Assembly: GCA_040285855.1 (NCBI GenBank)
Contig: JAUFOQ010000004.1
Location: 992,001 to 1,056,000 of the forward strand
Direction of reading: 5' to 3'
DNA: 64,000 nucleotides
Source of the DNA: Eukaryota sp. GEM-RC1
Lineage: Eukaryota
In this document: positions 54,297-64,000 of the stretch, one piece after another
How the letters are laid out: every line of letters begins with the position of its first letter
How positions within the stretch are numbered: the first letter of the stretch is position 1
The notes under the pieces: generated by a model
The model's input: the letters and a program-made list of their open reading frames with translations, nothing else
Databases searched by the model: none
What the model was told of the DNA's origin: nothing
Position numbers and translations under genes: made by a program

Positions 54297-55298
54297 ATGT
54301 CTGACGTTTCTTCAAACTTCTCACTTGATGACACTCTAAGTCAACCTGAAGATGAATCTCTACTTCCTCAAATCCGTGAAGCCCAAGTTGAACGTGGTCC
54401 TCTTTATGCTCAGGGAATAATGCTCCAACACCGTCTTTCTCGCTACTTCTCCTACAAAAAGTCTCTTCACTCTGCAGCTGATGTTTCGGACGATGACATT
54501 GACAATGACAAACCTCAAAATCTTGAAGGTTCAGTAGAGCAAGAACAGAGATACCTCAGAAGCCTTACAGAATTCGATCAAGCACGAGAACGCCTTTTCC
54601 AAACAATCTCTACCCAAGATGAATCCATTGAAATTGCCATGGAAAAGCTACGTGAAAAGGAGGTCAAACTAGCTGATCTTAGAGCAATGTCACGTGACTT
54701 ACGAGCTACCATTGCAGAGAATGCTATTAATCCCGCTACTAAACGTCCAGTTTCAATGAGGAAGGTAGAAGCGTTAGAAGAAGACTTAGTTGAAGCAAAC
54801 TCTTTGGTTTCAGAGGAACGAATTAGGAATATTATGTGGACTAGTAAGTTACAAAAGTTCGAAGGAGGGGATCGAACTGCTGACTCTGGTCCTCAATTGA
54901 TTGACTTTGAACAACTCCGATTGGAAAACCATTCAGTTTCTGATAAAATTGAAGAACGCAACGAGGAGTTAACTTCGCTGAAACGGAAAGTCAACTCAAC
55001 TATACAAATGACTAGTCACATTAAGCAAAAACTCGACTATATTAATGTTGTTAATAACTCTCTCAGACAGAATGTTTCTAGCTATGACGAGGACCTAGCG
55101 GCGCATAGGAATGCTCTGACCAACCTAAAGAAAGCCAGGGAAGACTTACGTGATGAGACCATCAAACTACGGAAAGAAACCGGTTTGATTGGGAATCCAC
55201 TTTTGTTTGAGGACTTTTTGACTAGGGAGGATCGAATAAAAGAGCTCCAGATTCAGGTTGAATCGTTGAAAAGTGAGTATAGCCAGTTGGTGAGCTAA
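54297..55298 (+). CDS. CCDC96: Coiled-coil flagellar protein CCDC96/CFAP184 (DUF4201)
   Basis: LIDFEQLRLEN..DKIEERNEEL..LK and HIKQKL..GLIGNPLLFEDF. Confidence 0.85.
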   Translation: MSDVSSNFSLDDTLSQPEDESLLPQIREAQVERGPLYAQGIMLQHRLSRYFSYKKSLHSAADVSDDDIDNDKPQNLEGSVEQEQRYLRSLTEFDQARERLFQTISTQDESIEIAMEKLREKEVKLADLRAMSRDLRATIAENAINPATKRPVSMRKVEALEEDLVEANSLVSEERIRNIMWTSKLQKFEGGDRTADSGPQLIDFEQLRLENHSVSDKIEERNEELTSLKRKVNSTIQMTSHIKQKLDYINVVNNSLRQNVSSYDEDLAAHRNALTNLKKAREDLRDETIKLRKETGLIGNPLLFEDFLTREDRIKELQIQVESLKSEYSQLVS

Positions 55299-55494
55299 TA
55301 TTTAAATAATTTAAAATTTGTTTGATTTTATTGAAATTATTTGCTTGTTTTTGTATTATAGTACTGATGTTGTTTTGGTATATTATGTTTTTAATCTTAA
55401 AATATCAATTTACAGTATAAATCTTTTATTTTTCCTTCGAATGTTTCGAATATGTTCTTGTCCAGATATTTCAAGATGCTTTTTGGTTTGCGAG

Positions 55495-56997
55495 TTAGCT
55501 GAAAAGTATCTGATACACTCTTTCAACTAACTTAGTGTAGAAATGTAAATCACGTGCAATCAATTCCTTCGTCTCATCGACAAGTTCAGAATTATCTTCA
55601 ATATATCGAGACTTTTCCAACATTTTCATTGGAAGTGACGTTTCTTGATCAGGATTAATCTTCTTTGTCAACCATTCTTTAATGTCAGAATCCAAGGGTT
55701 TAATTACAGCATGTTCAACTCTAGTTTTAAATAAATCATCATTTTTTGAATCTTCTTCATTTGAACTTTCGTCTGAATCAATATCGTCGTCGTCATTAAC
55801 AACAACTTCATGTACACTTTCCTCAGCCTGATCATCATCAATAAAATCATCATTGCAATCAGTAACCGACTGTGATGGAGAACAATAATCGACACCTTCC
55901 GAAATGAATGTCGGCTCATCATCGACAACCTCAGTCATAAATGAAACTCCTACACTACTCCTGGTCTCAGCTGATTGCATCTCACTACTCGACCCATCAA
56001 TTTCTTTAAAAACGTCATCAATCATCAAAGGGCTCACAGCAGTTTCCCTCGACTCATCACGTGACCTTCGACTGTCATGCATGATTCTACGTACATGAAC
56101 AGAGGCATCTTTTCTAACCAAGTCCAACCTCCGCTGTTCTTCAAGCAGCGCACATCTAAATCTACTAATGGTCATGGTCTCATTAGCATCCATCAAAGAA
56201 TGGTCCACATCACCAAGAGCAACAATCTTATCACGTAGGTAGAACTCACTTGATAGACGATCAATTTGTGATTGGATAATTGGAAGATCGAAGAAAGAGG
56301 AAGTTTCTCTGGAGAAGGTTCGACTTGTAATCAAACGTCGATGATTGCGAATGAGCTCTTTGGCATCGTCAACTTGGATTGAAGTGGCTCCCAGAGTAAG
56401 AGCAACTGTAGATAGACCAGCCGATTGAGCATTCTCTGGAACAACACCACTTTTGGAAAGAATAGAGTGGATACAAGGAGGAACTACAGAGTGACGGATG
56501 ATGCGAGAGAGGTTCTGATCTGAAGAAGGACGAGAAGGAGGGGTGGAAGCAGAGCGGTGAGAGAAGAGAGAGTTGGAGGGACGGCGTTTACTACGAGATT
56601 TGTACTTCTGAAGCTTTTCCATTTTTCTTAATAGGTTTGTAGCATGTGGAGAAGATGTGGGAGAAGTGGATCTAGAACCAACTGGTCTAATTGATTGAGG
56701 GATCTGTGGAGATGAGACTGAACAAGGGTCGAGAGTGGAAGTGTAGGCACGTGGAGTAGGAGGTGGAGGGAGCTTGGTGGTGGATTGGGCAGTTTGTAAA
56801 AGGGAAGATTGGTGGAAATCTGGAGATATTGACTCAAAGCGAGTAGAAGGGGTTTGAAGCTTCTGCTGGACTGCAGTTTTGAGATAGAAAACTTCTTGTG
56901 CTTGTTGGGATGCAACTGAACGTAGAGAACATTTCGAACCTACTTTGCGAACACGTTCGTCAGACAATTTGATGAGACGTTTAAGCTCAGCGTCCAT
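55495..56997 (-). CDS. Hypothetical 500-aa protein (S/P/R-rich N-terminus, acidic C-terminal tract)
   Basis: Long intact ORF with ATG start; no recognised domain. Confidence 0.7.
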   Translation of the reverse strand: MDAELKRLIKLSDERVRKVGSKCSLRSVASQQAQEVFYLKTAVQQKLQTPSTRFESISPDFHQSSLLQTAQSTTKLPPPPTPRAYTSTLDPCSVSSPQIPQSIRPVGSRSTSPTSSPHATNLLRKMEKLQKYKSRSKRRPSNSLFSHRSASTPPSRPSSDQNLSRIIRHSVVPPCIHSILSKSGVVPENAQSAGLSTVALTLGATSIQVDDAKELIRNHRRLITSRTFSRETSSFFDLPIIQSQIDRLSSEFYLRDKIVALGDVDHSLMDANETMTISRFRCALLEEQRRLDLVRKDASVHVRRIMHDSRRSRDESRETAVSPLMIDDVFKEIDGSSSEMQSAETRSSVGVSFMTEVVDDEPTFISEGVDYCSPSQSVTDCNDDFIDDDQAEESVHEVVVNDDDDIDSDESSNEEDSKNDDLFKTRVEHAVIKPLDSDIKEWLTKKINPDQETSLPMKMLEKSRYIEDNSELVDETKELIARDLHFYTKLVERVYQILFS

Positions 56998-57699
56998 AAC
57001 ATTAGTATAAAAGTATCAGAAGTCCTTGTGGGAGATAGAATTATTATGGATGATTTGTCCACTGATCTCCTGCTACATTGTCCTTGAGTTACTGTACGGA
57101 TTCATCGTTCCCTCGTTTGCTTCTGTTTACTCTTGACACTGCTGTTGGGGTGAAGATCTTGTTTGTTTCTTAGTTGTTGTTGATTGAAGAAATTTCGATC
57201 AAGGTTTGTGAGTTGTCCCTAGAACCTTAACTGTCATTGACTCTTTTCCGATCACGTTATCGGATTATTTTTGGAATCAACGTCGTACTATAAAGCTCAT
57301 GACTCTATGTTATCTAACATTGGACAGATCGTTCTCAAATCAAGATCTACAATGATAAAGAGTAGGGTAGTGATTCTAAACAAACGTTTGTTACACACAC
57401 ATATACCAACGGCTATTTGATGGTAATTGATGCTACGTTCATACTACTACTAGTGTTGGGAGATGATAGTTCAAATTGTATCTAAATGGTTGAACATGGA
57501 GACTTTTTCAAAACTGAGAAGTAGTCAGATACATAAATGTTCAATAAACGAGTACTCAGACTTTCAGGAAAGAGGGAAAACAGTCTTTCATCAAGAACAG
57601 ATACACTTCAGAGGCAACCAAAAGCATCAAAATATCGACTTTCAATTTCTTCTAAAGCTGTGAGAGATGAAGCAGAACTGCTTAAAAGAAATCAGGTCA

Positions 57700-58720
57700 T
57701 TAATTGAAAGACAATAAAGAAGATCTTTCGGCAATCATTTTCTTGGAAAACTATCTTCGGCTTCTTGAGACCAGTGAATTCTGTTAGTCTTCTTTAACAG
57801 GTTTGAAATTGGCTCAAGGGTGGTAGCTAGGTCAGGGATCCAGTCTCTTATGAAATTAATCTTCACGAGATTCGTACAGTCAAAGAAGTAGATGCAGGGC
57901 TGTCAAGTACATGTAGACGGTAAAGAACAGATAATTGACGTCTATGTTCGGTGTTTGAACCAGATTGCTCTTGCAGGTTATGATCTAACACATCCTTGTT
58001 GATGAGACAACATGTCAGTTGTCGAATCGACATAGCAAATAATGTGGAAGCCATTTTTCAAAGTTGCTGATTGAAGTACGTTGTTAACTTGTTTACAAAG
58101 GACTGAATAGTTCTTGAAAATCAATGACATTTAATCATTTCTCAATTAGTGAGGGTCTTTCTTGTAACAGTACATCAGCCTAGTGTTCTCAGGAAGAAAA
58201 GCAGCCGGTGCTAAACGCATTTTAGAATGTTCTACTTCGTTCCGAGTTCTCATAAGCAATTGGTCACACAGATCATTGAGATATGAGTTCATCAAGGTTG
58301 AAATCACCTAAACCTCTTGAGAGAGGAACTGTAGTAAAAGTTCAGTGTCATGAGTTTGAGTGAAGAAGCGGATCAGAAGTGGTGGAATCCTGTCGGGCTC
58401 TGCTTTCCGATCTGCAATAGGTGCAGACCAATGGAGGCTGCAGCCGACAAGTCAGGATGTAGCTGTTCAAGTTGCTTGGGAGCTACGGTAAGTACTTCTT
58501 GGTCGTTGGCGACAGTCACAAGTTGGGCATACTCCTCCTTTGACACGTTCTCCACAGTTAGTCTAATTTCCAGTTTTGGCTTTCGAGGACTGGAAACCGA
58601 GCTGATGGAGTTTTCCTTGATTTTGGTTGTGGGCCAAGAATCAGTACCATCTCTCCAATTGCTGCCCTGTTTCACATGAAGTGCTAACATGGGAGTGGCT
58701 TGTTACATGCATCAGAAGTT
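57700..58720 (-). mobile_element. Heavily degraded CRE-like reverse transcriptase region
   Basis: LEQLHP, RLMYCYKKDPH*LR (cf. RLIAL.K....RPI), VIDF and STLFAMSI in the expected order. Confidence 0.45.
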
Positions 58721-59190
58721 TCTCTTAAATGAGGCCCAAGGCCATCCAGCAAATAAAGCAGAGTTAACTTCATCGTCATAGGAGGTGATAATGTTCTAAA
58801 AGAGCTTACCACCTACATCAAATGCACGATAAGTGCATAGTTAGGAAATACACTTTTTTTGTATTTTTTGTATTTTTTAAAGTCGGTTTAATGTTTGTTT
58901 TTGTATTTTTTAGAACGTTCATTTTGACTATTCAAGCGGTCATATGCCACATATTATGCATGTTTCTGTAATCAGAATAACTAGTCCACCCATAATCAGT
59001 AACATTAAGCTATGAATCTACTTAAAAATCACCACATTCATAGTCATCCTCTGCCAAACACAATTTTATGTATGCATTGTTTATGTTTAGTACCTTTGCA
59101 TTGGTCATCAAACAAATAAAATTAATTATTTGGGATTGTTTTTGTAATTACGGTTCAAGAGCCTGAGAAGCCGCCTTTGTGACCATAAAC

Positions 59191-60027
59191 CAGGGACTGT
59201 CAAAAATATATTGCACTTTTGCAATAATTACAATCTTGTGTATTGTGTATTGCAATACTGTATTGCAGCCTCAATTTGTATGGCAATATATTGCAATAAT
59301 TTCGGTTTTGAACAATACTTTTAGACCAATGTTTTTCTATTACTTGAAAGTTCTTTAGCAACATACTACACCAGTGTTTGGTTTGTGTACAATTGGAAGT
59401 CCATACTACTAGTAGTATCTGTCTAGTTCTGACTAGTAAATGTAAACCGAATAACATTCCTCACATAATCTTACACGACTCTTCCTTCTAGACCTGTTCG
59501 AAAACAGATGGCAAAAGCCTACTATTCAACTATCTCCCGGAACTCAACTCAATCAATGTAATTCTGTGATAGCAAATGACGTGAGTAGTGATGATGATGA
59601 TGATGATGAAGAAGTTGTTGAACGCCCTGGACCTGTTTCCTCTGTTCAAGATGTCTTAACTTGAATGACAAAATTCAATTAAATTCCTTCCCAGCAACAT
59701 GAAAATTGTTGTGAAACGACTGTTCAGTAGAGCTCGAATGGTGCAAGGGTTGTCAAAACACTACTTATCTAATCGAAGACTTGCCAATCAACTATATCTC
59801 TCTGTAAATAGAGAGTTGTGGGATATTAGTTTGGTTCGTTCGTAAGACTGTTAATCAGAAACTGCTCAACTTAGAAATCACCTAATGATGTTCTTATGGT
59901 TTATCGGTGGATTTTAGACAATAAATGATCTCATCAACAATATTTATATTGCTACCAATTATTGCAATACTGTATTGCAAATCTTTTGACCCTGCAATAT
60001 ATTGCAATATATTTTTGACAGTCCCTG
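59191..60027. mobile_element. hAT-type MITE
   Basis: TIR CAGGGACTGTCAAAAATATATTGCA / TGCAATATATTTTTGACAGTCCCTG; TSD CCATAAAC/CCGTAAAA. Confidence 0.85.
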
Positions 60028-60084
60028 CCGTAAAATAAGAGTGTTGTACAAGAAAACGAGTTGCAGGAACTGTGGTATCTCATA

Positions 60085-60485
60085 TGGTTGCACGAAACGT
60101 TAATTTCTTTGAGGAAACACATCCGAAACGTCAGTAAACGTTTCCAAAACTTGATACTTACTGTTAATGTGTTGAAAAGTCTATATCACTTGTTGTTCTT
60201 TAATGATCGGTCTTTATATGAATGTCATTAATAAAATTGTGTGCAAAGTTTCAAACAGTTAAAACCAAAACTCTTACCAGTATAACTTTGTTTGTGAACT
60301 ATTTTTCTCTCTCAATGTCATTTCATTGGGGAATGGAGTCCCATAACAACATGTATAGCACCTGAATACACTGGAAAGAACTCATAAAATTCAAACATAT
60401 CTGTTTACAATATATTTTGGAAGAGATAAGGGAGGTGGCAGAAGATTGAGATGTAGAACAACAAAATGACGATTCGGAAACGGAC
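60085..60485. repeat. Diverged, truncated copy of the 10881-11386 MITE
   Basis: Colinear similarity (GTTGCACGAAACGTT..AAACGTTTCCAAAACTTGAT..ATTGAGATGTAGAAC..CGGAAACGG). Confidence 0.8.
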
Positions 60486-60759
60486 AACATTGAAGTTGCT
60501 CTTAAATCTGCATGTAACGATGTCTTCTTTCACTTTTATTGCTACACATAATAACCATAAGGTTATTACAAGAACACCAAATGTATTAAGTTACCTGCGG
60601 TCGCCCTGATTTTTCTTTTCCTTGTTCTTTTCTTTCTTTGAATCATCTTCTAACTGTTCTATCTTATTCCTAAATTTTGGTTTTACAATATATTCATCTT
60701 TACTGCCATTTCAATCATATTCTTGCCATCCTTTCAAAATCGATCTCACAGTCAACGGC

Positions 60760-60783
60760 GACATCGAACCTAATCCAGGACCT
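60760..60783 (+). other. 2A-like StopGo (ribosome skipping) motif
   Basis: GAC ATC GAA CCT AAT CCA GGA CCT = DIEPNPGP, preceded by DLTVNG; exact match to D(V/I)ExNPG|P. Confidence 0.85.
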
Positions 60784-63022
60784 CCAAAACATTTGAAAGA
60801 AAAAAGAAAAAATTAACCAATGCAACAGGATATCACGCTTTCGTCTATTTTGGTGCTGGTGAAAGATATTATTGGATTAAGTGGGAATACCCCATAACTT
60901 TCAAAAAGACTTATAACGGTATTGCTCAATCCAGGTTTGCAAATAAGAAGGAACGTCCTCAAGCTGTCTCTTGGGTAATGAAAATTCTTGCAAGATATGA
61001 ACCGACAATTGATTTGCAAAATCCTGATTGGGAAGATTTTATTAAGAAGTTTGGAGAATCACCTCCACCTGATCACGATTCTCTTTCCCGCCAATATTCA
61101 ATTGTAGGATCTCGAGATCCATTAGTTAGAATGGACAGATATGTTCAACGAAAGATTGTTCCCTTTTGGTCCGAAGTGACACCTGAGAGCTTACCTGAAA
61201 GTATGAAAATCGAGTTAAATTCATTTTTTAAATCAAAGGGCAGCTTGTCTTTCTTTTGTTTTTGGTCAAAACTTTTGCAGAAGAAGAACAACTCAAAGTC
61301 GACGCTTAAAAGAAGTGATAAAAAGACCACAATCAGTTGTTTTTTCGTTCCAAAATGTTTACAAAATGTTTACTTGGTGCTGACTACAATCAGAACAGAA
61401 ATAATACAGGTGAAACCCAAATTGAGGAATTCAAAATATCTAAAAGCAGGAAAATTGAACTCCTGCATCAAGTGTGTCCACCTGATTCTTATGCTGAAGA
61501 CTCGATCAAACTTATTCTCGATGAAGTAACAGCTACTTGCTGCCTTGGCTTGAAAAACCTGAACAAACAAGATTTCTTGATGTGTTATTCTTTACAACCA
61601 TCTGTTGAACATGAACTGGGATTTATGACCAATCTTCGAATTATTCTTGCTGATCGAGTAAAAAATCCCTCTGGCCGAAACAACATTGATGAGTATTCAA
61701 CTTTCTTAAATTCAGTTGATAATCTTCCAATGTATGAACTGAAAGTTGATCCCGATTTTAAAACAATTTTTAGCAACGTTCATCCTTGTGAACATGTTGG
61801 TGCTTCTGATGTTTTCGTGATTGGATCAAAAGCTGATCTACCCAATCAAAATCGCAATTTTAACTTTGATATTGTCGAAAAATTCCATCGATTGAAGAAG
61901 ACAACTCCTTGGTCAAAGATGTCTGTCTTCACAAAGAATCCAATTTGTCCCCTTACAGTATTGTTTGCAGTAAAAATTGGATCAGGCAGCCACTTTTGTC
62001 AGATTTCAGCCATGGTAGATTTTGAAATACCATTACGTGTCAGATATCAGTTAGGAATTTAGATAGTAATAGAAGTTTGAACATTGCAGGTAAAATTAAA
62101 CTTCTGTGGGAAACTAACGACCATGTTGAAGAATTGTTTAGAGATAGATATTATATTGATGTTCTCTTCCCACCGTCTTTTATTGAAAACAAAAGTGTTT
62201 ATTGACCCTGGAAAAACAGATTTACTCTATTTTTGTTCAGAGAAAGTAAATAGGCCATTTCCCGAAAAAAAAGCACGAGAAAGAAGAGATAAAGAATACG
62301 AGTGGCTAAGATTGACAGAGACAGAATGGTCCAGATGGTCAAGGGTTCATCAAAAGTTTAGAAGGGGAAAGAAAAAAGAATTCATTCTCCAAGATGGAAA
62401 AACAGTTGAACAAGAAGAGTCAACATTATCCAAAGAAAATTCAAAGTCAACCGTGTATGAAACCTTCTATGACTATGTGGGTTCCAAACTTACAGTTATT
62501 GAATCAACATTTGATTACCGCTGTTTGATGATATGGCGCATTCAAAAGTGCAAAGATACGTCCATATTCAAAAAACAGAAAGTAAGTTGTTGAAAAATAT
62601 GACTGCAAAAGGATGGAATAAAGATGACTGTGTATTGATGTTTGGTGACAATGGTAATAAGAGGCAGAACCTAAAACACCTCCGATCAAGTAGAGGTGTT
62701 GGTCGGAGAAAACTTCTTTAAGAGAAATGGTTACAATATTGTTCTTGTAGATGAGAGTTACACATCTTCAAAGTGTCCTACTTGTTGGAGACCAGTCAAA
62801 GTGTTTATGGAAGTTGACAATCTAAGACCCAAAACACAAGAAGAGAAGCCTACGTTGAAGTTACATGCGTTGTTGAGATGTCAATCTGAGAAGTGCAGAG
62901 AAGAATGTGATGACAAAGACAAAGTGTGGAATCGTAACAAGTTAGCATGTATCAACATCAAGACTATTGTGGAGCATCATTTGGAGCGGGGTCTAGGAGT
63001 TAGACCCAGTTATTTGTCATAG
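60781..63022 (+). CDS. Fanzor1-type (TnpB-related) RNA-guided nuclease, frameshifted
   Basis: RuvC-I FIDPGKTDLLY (D at 62204), MFGD, RuvC-II LVDESYTSSKCPTC (E at 62753), zinc finger CPTC..LLRCQSEKC, RuvC-III WNRNKLACINI; about 745 codons across at least 6 frame breaks. Confidence 0.88.
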
Positions 63023-63077
63023 TCATAGCCTTTATTTACTACAGTGAATCTGTAGCATTATTCATCCGGTTGTTGAA

Positions 63078-63934
63078 ATGGATTCCCTAACCTGGATTGA
63101 ATGTGTTCAACCGCTAATCATGGGTATTGTTGACGGTGATGAAGATCTCTCTGCCTTTCTTAAGAAACATCTGCATCATACTCAAGAACTCGCTTTTCTC
63201 CCTCTTTTTCTTTGTCACAGACTTCCCTTCTTTCATTGTAATCGAAAACACTTTCTAGCAATCATTCTTGGTCTTCCTTATCACTATCGTGAAGGTGCGA
63301 CCTTCAGTTTTGCCACTCTTAAGTCCAAGTACAGAGGACTCATACGTTTTTAAAACGATCATTTAATCCATTATATTCAGATGTTCCGTTTGAACTTCGT
63401 GAGAAAATGAAGAAGTTCAACACTCAATCTGTTGATCATTTCCTATCACGAATATCTTATACTGACTCCTTTGGAAATCTATCCGTTGAGATCATATTTC
63501 GATGGTTTTTCCCTAACTTTGATGGTTCTACTCCACAACCCTCACTTGAAGAACTTACCGCAATTAATTATCTACTTAAAAGCATTAAGATGAGGACTGT
63601 ATTCAGTTTGCAAGTCCGTATTGATCGTTTTATTGGTGCTTTTATTTTGCTTTTGAAAGAACCGGTGAACAGAAAGGACGAAGTAGAGAATCAAACTACT
63701 GAAAGTGAACTGTTCAAAAGGTGGGAAGACCTTGTTAATGACCGTAACGGTAGCAGAGAATTGTTTTATGATCAAATTATTAATTTCTTGAATAAATTCG
63801 AGCATGCTATAGTGACCAGGACAGAAGCTTTTTGTTTTATGAAAGAGAGCTATGAATTACTTGTAGAGATTAGAGCTGGTTCAAGTACTTCTCATGGTTC
63901 AGCCACTGGTCTCAGCCAGAATGCTTCAGCTTAG
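63078..63934 (+). CDS. Hypothetical ~285-aa helical protein immediately downstream of Fanzor
   Basis: ORFs 63078-63353 and 63407-63934 join if one T is added in CGTTTTTAAAA near 63350. Confidence 0.55.
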
Positions 63935-64000
63935 AACTTAATTTAATTGGTTTATGCTTGGAGCCGTACTGTTAACCAGCGACTGAATTAAAGATCAAAT

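Noticed and set aside
59191..60485. Upstream hAT MITEs as the Fanzor host element's left end
   Set aside because: 59191-60027 is self-contained with its own TSD; 60085-60485 is a decayed copy of a short MITE with no matching end after Fanzor in this window.
1..64000. Alternative genetic code (general UGA reassignment)
   Set aside because: Long conserved genes have no in-frame stops and TGA terminates intact ORFs such as Fic 48607-49422; only TrxR has a SECIS-supported UGA.
1..64000. tRNA or rRNA genes
   Set aside because: None recognised by eye; tRNAscan-SE or Infernal would be needed to exclude them.

Overview
AT-rich eukaryotic nuclear DNA from a flagellated protist (katanin p60, CCDC96) using the standard code and tiny 28-31 nt GT-AG introns; a free-living metamonad-like source is my inference only. 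Housekeeping genes (katanin, cyclin, PMCA Ca2+-ATPase, THOC2, COMMD3, CCDC96) sit among many nested transposon derivatives (hAT with 8-bp TSDs, pogo/Tigger, MULE, CRE-like RLE retrotransposons). Accessory genes include two RING-B-box-coiled-coil paralogues with different C-termini (RRM-like vs LRR), a divergent Fic pair and a giant DUF3638/DUF3645 gene. Highlights: (1) a ~745-codon Fanzor1-type RuvC/zinc-finger ORF whose reading frame opens at a canonical 2A ribosome-skipping motif (DIEPNPG|P) followed by an NLS-like basic stretch; (2) a thioredoxin reductase ending Cys-UGA(Sec)-Gly-stop with a type II SECIS. Many 1-nt frameshifts fall in homopolymers, even in essential genes, so assembly error probably inflates apparent pseudogenisation. 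All family calls are by motif recognition; no searches were run.
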